Below are positions 21,903 through 31,218 of a DNA stretch of 64,000 nucleotides, one piece after another; the first letter of the stretch is position 1; every line of letters begins with the position of its first letter. The DNA lies in assembly GCA_963761335.1 (NCBI GenBank), contig CAVXGR010000018.1, positions 192,001 through 256,000 on the forward strand, in the 5' to 3' direction. The position numbers and the translations under genes are program-made. The notes beneath the pieces were generated by a model. That model was given only the letters and a program-made list of their open reading frames with translations, was not told the origin of the DNA and did no database searches. This stretch comes from an uncultured delta proteobacterium. GTDB taxonomy: Bacteria; Desulfobacterota; Binatia; HRBIN30; BPIQ01.

Positions 21903-22880
21903 ATGGCGGAGGAGCGCATGCGCGTCGTTTTCATGGGCACCCCGGAGTTCGCCGTGCCGATTCTCGAGGCGCTGCGCCGCGGTCCCGACGAGCTCTGCGG
22001 CGTGGTCTGCCAGCCGGATCGGCCGGCCGGCCGTGGGCGCAAGCTCACGCCGCCGCCGGTGAAGCGAGCCGCTCTGCTCCACGGCATCCCCGTGCTGCAG
22101 CCGGAGAAGCTGCGCGCCGCCGAGGCGCTCGAGCAGATACGCCACCTGGCGCCGGAGCTGATCGCGGTCGCCGCCTATGGCAAGATCCTCCCCCCGGCGT
22201 GGCTGCAGCTACCGCCTCGCGGCTGCGTCAACGTCCACGCCTCCCTGCTGCCCCGGTACCGCGGCGCCGCCCCCATTCAATGGGCGATTCTCGAGGGCGA
22301 GACGGTGACCGGGGTCACCATCATGCAGATGAACGAGCGCATGGACGCCGGCGACATCCTGCTGCAGCGCGACACCGCGATTGGCCCGGAGGAGACCTGT
22401 GGCCAGCTCCAGGAGCGGCTGGCGGAGCTCGGCGCCCTGGCGCTCTGCGAGGCGATCGAGGGGCTGCGCCGCGGCGAGCTGCGGGCGCGGCCGCAGGACG
22501 AGTCGGCGGCGACTCTGGCACCGCGCCTCGAGAAGGCGGACGGGCGCATCGACTGGCGCCGGCCGGCAGTCGAGATCGAGCGGCGCACTCGCGCCTTCAA
22601 TCCCTGGCCTTCGGCGTACACGCAGCTCGGCGACCTGCAGCTCAAGGTCCACCGGGCTCGCGTCGTCGTCACCGACGAGCCAAGCGCCTCGCGCCCTCCC
22701 GCGGAGGCGGTGCCGGGGACCGTTGTCGAAGTCCGCGACCTTCCCGTGGTCGCCTGCGGGGAAGGCCTCCTCCGCCTCGAGGAGGTGCAGCTCGAGGGAC
22801 GGCAACAGCTCGACGGAGCCTCCTTTGCGCGCGGCGCGCGCCTGCAGCGCGGCGTCGTTCTCGGCGGCGATGCCGACTGA
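21903..22880 (+). CDS. fmt: Methionyl-tRNA formyltransferase
   Basis: VFMGTPEFA, QPDRPAGRG, NVHASLLPRYRGAAPI, MDAGDI. Confidence 0.96.
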   Translation: MAEERMRVVFMGTPEFAVPILEALRRGPDELCGVVCQPDRPAGRGRKLTPPPVKRAALLHGIPVLQPEKLRAAEALEQIRHLAPELIAVAAYGKILPPAWLQLPPRGCVNVHASLLPRYRGAAPIQWAILEGETVTGVTIMQMNERMDAGDILLQRDTAIGPEETCGQLQERLAELGALALCEAIEGLRRGELRARPQDESAATLAPRLEKADGRIDWRRPAVEIERRTRAFNPWPSAYTQLGDLQLKVHRARVVVTDEPSASRPPAEAVPGTVVEVRDLPVVACGEGLLRLEEVQLEGRQQLDGASFARGARLQRGVVLGGDAD

Positions 22881-24243
22881 CGCCCGCGCCGAGGCGTGGA
22901 AGATTCTGCGCCGCGTGGACGAGACCGCGGCGTTCGCCGACGCGCTCATCGGCAGCCGCTTGCCGCACCTCCAGCTCGAGCGCCGCGACCGCGCCCTGCT
23001 GACGCAGCTGGTGTACGGAACCCTCGCCTGGCGCGGATTCCTCGACCTGGCCGTCGAGACCTTCGGGCGGCGCCGCGCCGCGTCGATCGAGGCGCCGGTG
23101 CGCTCGCTGCTCGAGATGTCGCTCTATCAGCTCTTCTTCCTCGACAAGATTCCGGCGTACGCCGCCGTGAGTCGCGCCGTCGAGCTGGCGAAGACGTACC
23201 GCGAGGGGCGGGCGGCACGGCTGGTGAACGCCATCCTGCGCCGCGCCGCGGCGGAGGGCATGGGTGCCGTACCACTGCCCGACCGCGAGACGGATCCGCT
23301 CGGGTATCTCGCGGCGCGCTACTCGCATCCGCGCTGGCTGGTGGAGCGCTGGGCGGCGCAGCTCGGTCTGCGGGAGACGGAGGCGCTGCTGCGCGCCGAC
23401 AACGAGGCGGCGCCGACCGTGCTCCGCGTCAACCGGCGGCGGCAGAGCCGGGAGCAGCAGCTGGCGGCGCTGCACGCCCAGGGAATCGAGGCCGTGGCCG
23501 GGGGACTGGCGCCCGAGGCGATCGCCGTCTCTGGGACCTCGGCCGCCGACCTCCCGGGATTCGCGGCGGGGGACTTCTCCCTGCAATCGGAGAGCTCGCA
23601 GCTGGTCGCCCTGCTGCTGGCGACCGCTCCGCGCCAGCGCGTGCTCGACGTCTGCGCCGGCGGCGGCGGCAAGGCGACCTATGTGGCGGAGCTCATGGAC
23701 GATCGCGGGCTGGTGCTGGCCCTGGACCGCCATCGCCGCGGCCTGGCGCGACTGCGCGGCGAGGCGCGGCGTCTGGGCCTCACCTGCATTCGTGCCGCGG
23801 TTGCGGACTCGACGCGCCTGCCGTTCGCAACCGGGGAGAGCTTCGATCGCGTGCTCGTCGATGCGCCCTGCACCGGCCTCGGCACGCTGCGGCAGCATCC
23901 AGAGATTCGCTGGCAGCGGCGCCCCGAGGACATCGAGTCGATCGGGCAGGTGCAGCGACGCCTGCTGGCCAGTGCCGCCGATCTCGTGCGGCCCGGCGGG
24001 ATGCTCGTGTACGCCACCTGTACGCTGATGCCCGCAGAGAACGAGGAGGTCGTCGATGCGGTGCTGGCGACTCGCGCGGATCTCGAGCGCGCCGATGCGC
24101 GCGACAGTCTGCCGTTGCCGCTGCACGAGCTGGTTGATGGTTCGGGGGCGATGCGGGTCATGCCGCATCGACACGGCAGCGACGGCTTCTACGCCGCGGC
24201 ATTGAAGCGCCGCCGAGCCGCGGTTATGGTGAACGCCTCATGA
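22870..24243 (+). CDS. rsmB: 16S rRNA m5C967 methyltransferase RsmB/Sun
   Basis: NusB-like N-terminus, YSHPRWLV, DVCAGGGGK, DAPCTGLG, VYATCT. Confidence 0.93.
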   Translation: MPTDARAEAWKILRRVDETAAFADALIGSRLPHLQLERRDRALLTQLVYGTLAWRGFLDLAVETFGRRRAASIEAPVRSLLEMSLYQLFFLDKIPAYAAVSRAVELAKTYREGRAARLVNAILRRAAAEGMGAVPLPDRETDPLGYLAARYSHPRWLVERWAAQLGLRETEALLRADNEAAPTVLRVNRRRQSREQQLAALHAQGIEAVAGGLAPEAIAVSGTSAADLPGFAAGDFSLQSESSQLVALLLATAPRQRVLDVCAGGGGKATYVAELMDDRGLVLALDRHRRGLARLRGEARRLGLTCIRAAVADSTRLPFATGESFDRVLVDAPCTGLGTLRQHPEIRWQRRPEDIESIGQVQRRLLASAADLVRPGGMLVYATCTLMPAENEEVVDAVLATRADLERADARDSLPLPLHELVDGSGAMRVMPHRHGSDGFYAAALKRRRAAVMVNAS

Positions 24244-24923
24244 CCTCCGGAAAGATTGCGCCGTCGATCCTCTCCGCCGACTTCGGGCGGCTTGCCGAAG
24301 AGGTGTGCGCCGTCGAGGAGGCCGGAGCCGATCTGATCCACGTCGACGTCATGGACGGCCATTTCGTTCCGAACCTGACCATCGGGCCGATGGTGGTCAA
24401 GGCGGTGCGGCGTGCCACCTCCCTGCCGCTCGACGTGCATCTGATGATCGAGACGCCGGAGCGTTACGTCGAGGCCTTTGCCGACGCCGGCGCCAACTAT
24501 ATCTCGGTTCATCAGGAAGCCTGCCGTCACCTCCACCGCGTGCTGCAGCAGATCGAGGGCGCCGGCGCGGTTCCCGCCGTGGTCATCAACCCCGCCACCC
24601 CGGTGTGCTTCGTCGAGCCGATTCTCGGCGACATCGGCATGTTGCTGGTGATGAGCGTGAACCCCGGCTTCGGCGGCCAGTCCTTCATCGCCTCGGCGCT
24701 GGAGAAGCTCTCGGCGGCGCGCGAGCTGCGGCGGCGGCACGGCTGGGAATACCTGATCGAGGTGGATGGCGGCGTCAAGGTCGACAACGCGCGCCAGGTC
24801 GGCGCCGCCGGCGCCGACGTGGTGGTGAGCGGCAGCGGCATCTTCGGCACGCCCAGCTACCGCGACACCATTGCCGCCATGCGCGCCGAGCTCGACGGCG
24901 GCTTGGCGAGCGCCGAAGGGTAG
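24240..24923 (+). CDS. rpe: Ribulose-phosphate 3-epimerase
   Basis: IAPSILSADF, HVDVMDGHFVPN, DVHLMI, MSVNPGFGGQ, EVDGG. Confidence 0.97.
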   Translation: MTSGKIAPSILSADFGRLAEEVCAVEEAGADLIHVDVMDGHFVPNLTIGPMVVKAVRRATSLPLDVHLMIETPERYVEAFADAGANYISVHQEACRHLHRVLQQIEGAGAVPAVVINPATPVCFVEPILGDIGMLLVMSVNPGFGGQSFIASALEKLSAARELRRRHGWEYLIEVDGGVKVDNARQVGAAGADVVVSGSGIFGTPSYRDTIAAMRAELDGGLASAEG

Positions 24924-24976
24924 CACCAGCGGCGCGGCGGGGCGCCTCGCCCTCCCTCACCTCGCCTTCGCGAGGT

Positions 24977-25374
24977 CAGTAGTGGTGGATCTTGAGATCA
25001 ACCGCGCGTTTCGCCCTAACTCGGGCTGGGGGATCGCGCCGCGAAGCGGCGCAGGCATGTAGCCCCGGGTCGGAGACCCGGGGATCCCGGGTCCGCCTTC
25101 CCCGATGCGCCCCGCCAGGGGCGCAGGCGTGCAACCCCGGGTGCAGAGGGCTGTCTCAAAACGCGCCCGCGCCCCTGGCGGGGCGCTAACGGACGTCAAC
25201 TTCGGGATCCCCGGGTCTCCGACCCGGGGCTACACGCCTGCACCCCTCCGGGGCGAATGATCTCCGAGCTCCCGGCCACGGATGCAACCGGGGGAAGTCG
25301 GGTTCAACTCAACGAAGCGGGGGTTGTGGTGAATCGAGGTTGACCGCGTTTCATTTCAAAATCCCCCACTACCG
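24977..25374. mobile_element. Non-autonomous MITE-like element, 398 bp
   Basis: 30-bp TIRs (24/30 match), flanking direct repeat CGAGGT at 24971-24976 and 25375-25380, internal palindrome 25051-25089/25203-25241. Confidence 0.75.
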
Positions 25375-25466
25375 CGAGGTCCGACGAGTTGCAAAACTCT
25401 GCGTCTGTGGTAGGTACCGCTGTCTGGTCGGAATCGCCAGGATCAGTCCATACCAGTACAACGCAT

Positions 25467-25543
25467 CGGGGTGTAGCTCAGACTGGTAGAGCGCACGGTT
25501 CGGGACCGTGAAGTCGCTGGTTCAAATCCAGTCACCCCGACCA
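25467..25543 (+). tRNA. tRNA-Pro (anticodon CGG)
   Basis: Acceptor stem CGGGGTG/CACCCCG, anticodon arm CACGG-TTCGGGA-CCGTG, GGTTCAAATCC T-loop, encoded CCA. Confidence 0.97.
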
Positions 25544-25561
25544 TTTTTTTGTCTGTTCTCG

Positions 25562-26272
25562 ATGAGATTCACTAGGTCAGCGGCATGGGTGGTGCTTCTC
25601 GTGGCAGCGCTGCTCGCGGTCCATGCGGCAGTCGCCGAGGCGAGGCCGGCGACCGTCGTCCGCGCCGCGCGCGTGCTTCTGCGCCGCGGTCCAGGGCAGG
25701 ACTATCAGGCCTTCGCCACCGTCCAGAACGGCGATCGCGTCGAGGTCGAGCAGCTCGAGGGGCATTGGGCCCTGGTCCATGCGGCAAGCGACACGAGCGG
25801 TTACATGTACGCGGATTATTTGGCGTATCTCGACGGCACGCCGGTGCTCGCGGCGTCCCCACCGCCGACCTCCGCGGCTGCCGCCGCGACTCCCGCGGCC
25901 GCCGCGGCGGTGCCGGTGGCGACCGCGGTGGGCACCCCGGCCCAGGGCCAGGACCCGACCGCGGAAGTGGAGCGCCTGCGCCGCGAGCTCGATGCCGCGC
26001 GTGCCGCCCCCGCGGCGGCGCCGTCCCCCGGTCAGGATCTCGTGGCGCTGCGCGCCGAGGTACGCCGCCTGGCCGACACCACTGACGCGCTGCGCAGCCG
26101 GCTCGACGTTCTCGGCAACGGCAACATGGCGATGCCGTTTGCCACCGGCGAGCACTGGTCGACGCCGACCGTGGTGATGATCGCTGTCATCAGCCTTCTG
26201 CTCGGATGGTTCGTGGGCGGCGCGTTCTCCCGGCGGGAGGAGCGCAACAAACGAACCCGCATCCGTTTCTAG
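25562..26272 (+). CDS. SH3b-domain protein with coiled coil and C-terminal TM (YgiM-like architecture)
   Basis: Signal peptide, LRRGPGQDY...W..V...GY SH3b motif, C-terminal TM plus basic tail. Confidence 0.8.
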   Translation: MRFTRSAAWVVLLVAALLAVHAAVAEARPATVVRAARVLLRRGPGQDYQAFATVQNGDRVEVEQLEGHWALVHAASDTSGYMYADYLAYLDGTPVLAASPPPTSAAAAATPAAAAAVPVATAVGTPAQGQDPTAEVERLRRELDAARAAPAAAPSPGQDLVALRAEVRRLADTTDALRSRLDVLGNGNMAMPFATGEHWSTPTVVMIAVISLLLGWFVGGAFSRREERNKRTRIRF

Positions 26273-26847
26273 TGCCGGCAACCGTCGCCGGTGCGTATCT
26301 GCTCGGCTCGATCCCCAGCGGTCTCTGGCTGGCGCGCCGCGCCGGCGTCGATGTGCGCGCCTCGGGAAGCGGCAACATCGGCGCCACCAACGTGGTGCGC
26401 ACGGCGGGCTGGCGCGTCGGTCTGCTGACCCTGCTCGTCGACGTGTCCAAGGGTGCCGTTCCTCTCGCTTTCGCCCAGGCCGCGGGGCTGAGCGAAGGTG
26501 CCGTCTGTGCCGTCGGCGTGGCCGCGGTGGCCGGCCATCTCCTGCCCCTTTTCGGCGGCTTTCGCGGCGGCAAGGGTGTGGCGACGACGCTCGGCGTGTT
26601 GCTCTTTCTCGCTCCCGACATGGCGCTGGCCGCCGCCGCGATCTTCGCCGTGGTGGTGCGCTCGACGCGCATCGTCTCCACCGCCTCGGTCGCTGCCGCC
26701 GCCTCGCTGCCCTTTGGCCTGTACTTTCTCGGCTACTCGCGAACGGTGGTCGTCACCGGGCTCGTCCTTGGCTCGCTGATCGTCTGGCGCCACCGCGCCA
26801 ACATCGCTCGGCTGCGCGCCGGCACCGAGCCGAAGCTGCCGCACTAG
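26272..26847 (+). CDS. plsY: Glycerol-3-phosphate acyltransferase
   Basis: YLLGSIP, GSGNIGATN, GH..P.F.GFRGGKGVAT, HRANI.RL..GTE. Start uncertain. Confidence 0.92.
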   Translation: MPATVAGAYLLGSIPSGLWLARRAGVDVRASGSGNIGATNVVRTAGWRVGLLTLLVDVSKGAVPLAFAQAAGLSEGAVCAVGVAAVAGHLLPLFGGFRGGKGVATTLGVLLFLAPDMALAAAAIFAVVVRSTRIVSTASVAAAASLPFGLYFLGYSRTVVVTGLVLGSLIVWRHRANIARLRAGTEPKLPH

Positions 26848-26904
26848 CGACAACCCGACGACTGGCGATGGACGGCTGGCCCTCGGGTCGGATAGGAAGG
26901 CGAT

Positions 26905-27693
26905 ATGGCTGATCTGGAGAAAGAGCTCGAAACGGCGATTCGCGCCGCCACCTCGGCGGGCGAGATCATCCGCGGGTACTACCGAGACGGCGTCGAGGTG
27001 CGCCAAAAGGGGAAGGACAATCCGGTCACCGACGCTGACCTGGAAGCGAATCGACGCATCCACGATGTCCTCATGCAGGCCTTCCCCGCAGACGGCTGGC
27101 TGTCCGAAGAGACCGCGGACTCGCCGGAACGCCTCTCGCGCCCGCGTGTGTGGATCGTCGACCCTCTCGACGGCACCAAGGAATTCATTCAGGGGATCCC
27201 CGAGTTCTGCGTCTGCATCGCCCTCGCCGTCGATGGCGAGGCACGTCTCGGTGTCAGCTACAATCCCGTCCACGACGAGCTGTTCAGCGGTGTGGTGGGG
27301 CAGGGGGCGCAGCTGAACGGCGTTGCGGTCCGCGTCTCCGAAACTGCGGATCTGCATCAGGCGCGCGTCTTGGCCAGCCGCTCCGAGGACAAGCGCGGCG
27401 AGTGGGACGCCTACAAGAGTCGGCTCCAAGTCGTGTTGACCGGAAGCGTCGCCTACAAGCTGGCGCTGATCTCTGCCGGGCGCGGCGATGCCACCTTCAG
27501 CCTGACACCCAAGAACGAGTGGGATATCTGCGCCGGCGTGGCGCTGATCACGGCCGCCGGCGGTCGCGTCACCGACTCCAGCAGCGGCCCCCTGCGCTTC
27601 AACAAACCGAAGACGAAGCTGCCGGGGCTGATCGCCAGCAACGGACTGCTGCACGGGCCGATCGAGGATCTGCTGCGCGAGACCCGCAGCTGA
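26905..27693 (+). CDS. Inositol monophosphatase family, CysQ-like 3'(2'),5'-bisphosphate nucleotidase
   Basis: PVTDAD, LSEE, WIVDPLDGTKEF, EWDICAG. Confidence 0.88.
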   Translation: MADLEKELETAIRAATSAGEIIRGYYRDGVEVRQKGKDNPVTDADLEANRRIHDVLMQAFPADGWLSEETADSPERLSRPRVWIVDPLDGTKEFIQGIPEFCVCIALAVDGEARLGVSYNPVHDELFSGVVGQGAQLNGVAVRVSETADLHQARVLASRSEDKRGEWDAYKSRLQVVLTGSVAYKLALISAGRGDATFSLTPKNEWDICAGVALITAAGGRVTDSSSGPLRFNKPKTKLPGLIASNGLLHGPIEDLLRETRS

Positions 27694-27721
27694 GCGGAGA
27701 ACGACAGAAGGAGCCGGAGAC

Positions 27722-28567
27722 CTACCGCCGCGGCGCGATGTTGACGCCGTTCTCGCCGAAGCCTGCGAGCTCGAGGGCGCGCGTCTGGCCGCCGGAGGCC
27801 ATGAAGGCCGCCATCCTCTGGCGGGCTTCGGGGGTGGCAACCGACTGGTTGAAGCAGTGCGCCTCCTCGAGCAGCCCCTCGGCGATGGGCAGCTCGGCGG
27901 CATTCACCGCCGCCTTGGCGAGAGCGATGGCGGCGGCGGGGAAGGAGGCGATGCGGTACGCCAGCCGCTCCACGAAAGGAGTGAGCTCCTCCGGCGGCAG
28001 GGCCCGGTTGATGTATCCGTATCGCTCCGCCAGCTCGGCGGAGAAGTCCTCCGCGCCGAGGATCACCTCGAGGGCGCGTCCTCGACCGATCAGACGCGGC
28101 AGTCGCTGTGTGCCGCTGCCGCCGGGGATGATGCCGACCGACACCTCCGGTTGGCCCAGGATGGCGCGACCGATGGCGCCGAAGCGCATGTCGAGCGACA
28201 GCAGCAGCTCGCTGCCGCCGCCGCGGGCGCGGCCTTCGATCTTGCCGATCGTCGCCTTGGGCATGGTGCGGAAGCGCTCGACCATGCGGTGGAACCAACC
28301 CAGCTCGGTTGCCTTGGGCGGCGCCTCCGCGGGCAGTTGCTGAATCAGCGTCACGTCGGCGTGGGCGATGAAGAAATCCGGATCGGCGCTCTGCAAGACG
28401 AGCACGCGCGCGTCGCCGTCTGCTTCGACCTCCTGCCCGAGGCGATCGAGCTCCTGGATCAACAGCAGATCGAGCAGGTTGATGGGGGGATGGTCGATGG
28501 TTGCGAAGGCGACGCCGCGGTCGACGTGAACCTCGAGAGCGGTGTACCCCGCATACGTTGACGCCAT
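27722..28567 (-). CDS. Enoyl-CoA hydratase/isomerase family protein
   Basis: FFIAHAD, GRARGGGSE, GQPEVSVGIIPGGSGTQRL. Confidence 0.9.
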   Translation of the reverse strand: MASTYAGYTALEVHVDRGVAFATIDHPPINLLDLLLIQELDRLGQEVEADGDARVLVLQSADPDFFIAHADVTLIQQLPAEAPPKATELGWFHRMVERFRTMPKATIGKIEGRARGGGSELLLSLDMRFGAIGRAILGQPEVSVGIIPGGSGTQRLPRLIGRGRALEVILGAEDFSAELAERYGYINRALPPEELTPFVERLAYRIASFPAAAIALAKAAVNAAELPIAEGLLEEAHCFNQSVATPEARQRMAAFMASGGQTRALELAGFGENGVNIAPRR

Positions 28568-28801
28568 GGGCGATTCTCCTTTCGAGCCGCCTCCAAGCTC
28601 TCTGCGGCGCCTTACTTGATGCCGACGAGCATCGAATCGGGGCCGGCCAGGTGGGCGAAATGCTTCTCGACCGTGGCGAGGTTCTCGGCGGCGCGCTCAT
28701 CCGTCATGTGGTTTGACCTCCGGCGGCGGAACGCTAGCACGGGAATCGAAGGCGTTCCACGTTTCCGCGGCGCCGGAACGCGCCTCGGGGGCCGCGTGTG
28801 A

Positions 28802-29194
28802 CTACGGCGTGATCTGCAGGCCGAAGAAGATCTGGGCTGCGGCCAGCAGCAGCGCGGCGGCGCCGAACCACGGATGCAGGGCGCGCATCTCCGGGCGTTG
28901 CATTCGGCGGGCTGTCAACGCCCCGCCGGAGAGCGCCAGCACGAGGGCGATGCCGATGCGCAGATGGGCGCTGGCGCCGAGCTCGAGGTTGGGCCGCAAC
29001 AGCCAGGTCGACAGCAGCCCGCCCCCCCAGGTGATCACCACCAGCCAATACATTACCGGCGCCAGGCGCGCATGCCGGCGGAGATGATCGGCGGCGTGGC
29101 GCCGATCGCTGCGCGAGCGCAGCCCGAGCGAGCCGACGTAGCCGAGCAGGCCGAGGACCGCGCCGGCGGTCAGTGGATGAACGTAGGCGAGCAT
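28802..29194 (-). CDS. DUF4079-like four-TM membrane protein with conserved His residues (possible heme b)
   Basis: C-terminal 130 aa of a long track ORF. VHP, RRH, SAH, ALHP histidines lie in or next to TM segments. Confidence 0.65.
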   Translation of the reverse strand: MLAYVHPLTAGAVLGLLGYVGSLGLRSRSDRRHAADHLRRHARLAPVMYWLVVITWGGGLLSTWLLRPNLELGASAHLRIGIALVLALSGGALTARRMQRPEMRALHPWFGAAALLLAAAQIFFGLQITP

Positions 29195-29259
29195 CAATGG
29201 GCGAGACTCTCCGGCGATCCTTAGTAGCCGCGGTGCTCTCCGGAGGGAAGGGTCGCCCG

Positions 29260-29284
29260 CTGGGAGCGCGGCCGTCCCGGCCGC
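29260..29284. repeat. REP-like hairpin, family B copy 1
   Basis: CTGGGA-GCGCGGCCG TCC CGGCCGC. Second copy at 54415. Confidence 0.6.
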
Positions 29285-29377
29285 CTCGCCCGTTCGGCTT
29301 TTCTCGCGGTTCGAGCTACAAGAGCGATCCTGTCGCGTCCTGCCGGTACACGGAGAGAGCGCAGAGAGGAGCGGAAG

Positions 29378-30037
29378 ATGTCGATTCGCGTCGTGTGTGT
29401 GTCGCGTACAATGGCTGCGGGCGGCGAGATGGTCGGGCAGCTGCTGGCGCAGCGGCTCGGCTTTCGCTACGTCGACGAGCAGATCATCGAGAGGGCGGCG
29501 CGTTTGGCGCAGGTGGACCCGGCGCTGGTGGCGGCTGCCGAGAACCGCCAACCTTTCTTGCGCCGTATCTTCGACAAGCTGGCCATGGCGTACGACCTGG
29601 CTGGGCCGGCGAGCATTGCCACCGGCCTGCCGGTCGACGCCTTCCTCGCCGACCCCGGTGCCTACCGCGCCTCTGCCGACGAGCTGCGCGTGATGATCCG
29701 CGCCGCCATCGTCGAGGTGGCGGAGTCGGGCGACGCCGTGATCGTCGCGCACGCCGCCTCCATGGCGTTGGCGGGAGTCGATGGCGTGCTGCGGGTGCTG
29801 ATCACGGCCTCTCCCGAGACCCGCGCCCGCCGTCTCGCCGAGGGCGAGAAGATCTCCGAGAAGGACGCGGTTGCAGCGGTTGCCCGCTCGGATCGCGAGA
29901 GGCGGGACTACTTCGAGCGCTTCTATCAGATTCGCGACGAGCTGCCGACGCGCTACGACCTGGTGATCAATACCGACGCGCTGGTGCCGGACGCCGCAGC
30001 GGAGGTCATTTCCATAGCCGCGCGCGCCAGCGGCTGA
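29378..30037 (+). CDS. Cytidylate kinase-like family protein
   Basis: CVSRTMAAGG, LGFRYVD, D.ERRDY, YDLVINT. Confidence 0.85.
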   Translation: MSIRVVCVSRTMAAGGEMVGQLLAQRLGFRYVDEQIIERAARLAQVDPALVAAAENRQPFLRRIFDKLAMAYDLAGPASIATGLPVDAFLADPGAYRASADELRVMIRAAIVEVAESGDAVIVAHAASMALAGVDGVLRVLITASPETRARRLAEGEKISEKDAVAAVARSDRERRDYFERFYQIRDELPTRYDLVINTDALVPDAAAEVISIAARASG

Positions 30038-30084
30038 TCGCCGGCGACGGGAACGCCCGGGCGCGAGCTGACGGATGCTCCCCG

Positions 30085-31218
30085 TCAGGAAGCCGGCGGC
30101 AGATTGGGCTCGATCTCGACGGTGCGGGCGCCCACCATGTTCATGCGTGTGCGGCGGATGGTGGCGGGCTCGACGACGCGCCCATCGGCGTAACGGAAGC
30201 GCAGCGCGTCGGAGGGGCACTGGACGATGCAGGCGCCGCACTGGATGCAGTCGTCGGGATGGACGATGGCGACCTTGCGCTGCGCCCCGTTCATCCGCAA
30301 CACGTCGCGCGGGCAGACCTGCACGCAGTCGGCGGCCCCGGTGCAGCGATCGGTGACCAGCTCGATACGGGCCGGGTTGCGGTAGGTGTTGATATAGCTG
30401 CCGTACCACGGAGTCGTCCCGGCGAGATCGACGGAAAGGATGCCCACGGCGATCACGGCGCCGAGCCCGACGAGCAGGTACTGCACCGGCGTGGCGGCGG
30501 TCAGGGCCGCCAGCACGCCGCTGCCGGCGGCCAAGCCGAGCACGGCCGCACCGGCGAAGGTCGCCCAGCGGGCCGATCCCGTGACTCTCAGCCAGGGTAG
30601 GGCGGCGAAGATGCCGCAGACCATCAGCGGCACCATGACGGCGTCGGCGACGCCGACGGCTTTGCCGCCGAAGAGGGCGAACAGGGGCGCGCCGATGAGA
30701 GTCATGGGAATCGCCCACACCGCCGCCATCTCCAACCGCTCCCAGAGAGGGAAGCGCATCTTGCGCTCGCGCTTGCGCACGCCGCCGCGGCGCTGCACGT
30801 AGTCGCGCAGGTCCTCGAGGCGCGCCGGTCCCCAGACGGCGTCCCACCCGGTCGCCTCGGCGACCTTGCGGCGCTCGATGCCGGTGGCGCCGAGCTGGGG
30901 GAGGACCAGCTTGCGGTGGTCGACGAGCTCGGCGATGCCGGAGGTGCGGATCACGGCGATCACGTCGTGATGCGTGAGATGGCCGCCGCCGGCGGCACAC
31001 CAGACGTTGATGCCGCGGCTGTTGGCGACCAGCAGCCAGACGTTCTCCCCCGCCAGGGCCTCGGTGATGCGGCGCACGGTGAGCGTATAGTTGCCGGTCA
31101 CCAGCACCGGCGCGTCGCGGCCGGGATTGCCGATGCGCCGCAGCCCGGTCGGAGCGCGGTGCGGGAACATGCGGAAGATCGTATCGAAGACGTATGCGGG
31201 CACGGCGCTGGCTCTCAT
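30085..31218 (-). CDS. Fused HgcAB-like protein: corrinoid-binding domain + TM helices + ferredoxin (377 aa)
   Basis: GNPGRDAPVLVTGNY, GINVWCAAGGG cap helix, LPQLGATG, WGP, about 4-5 TM helices, CTGAADCVQVCP and CIQCGACIVQCP. Confidence 0.88.
   Translation of the reverse strand: MRASAVPAYVFDTIFRMFPHRAPTGLRRIGNPGRDAPVLVTGNYTLTVRRITEALAGENVWLLVANSRGINVWCAAGGGHLTHHDVIAVIRTSGIAELVDHRKLVLPQLGATGIERRKVAEATGWDAVWGPARLEDLRDYVQRRGGVRKRERKMRFPLWERLEMAAVWAIPMTLIGAPLFALFGGKAVGVADAVMVPLMVCGIFAALPWLRVTGSARWATFAGAAVLGLAAGSGVLAALTAATPVQYLLVGLGAVIAVGILSVDLAGTTPWYGSYINTYRNPARIELVTDRCTGAADCVQVCPRDVLRMNGAQRKVAIVHPDDCIQCGACIVQCPSDALRFRYADGRVVEPATIRRTRMNMVGARTVEIEPNLPPAS

Noticed and set aside
25467..25543. Integration site or genomic island at tRNA-Pro
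   Set aside because: No integrase and no duplicated tRNA 3' end seen in the window. The flanking genes are housekeeping.
28802..31000. 732-aa ORF as one protein
   Set aside because: Only the last 130 codons look coding. The rest overlaps the kinase-like and HgcAB-like genes in other frames.
30085..31218. Calling this a bona fide mercury-methylation hgcA/hgcB locus
   Set aside because: It is a fusion with NVWCAAGG rather than ...AGK, has no C-terminal Cys pair and has one incomplete cluster motif. Methylmercury production cannot be inferred.
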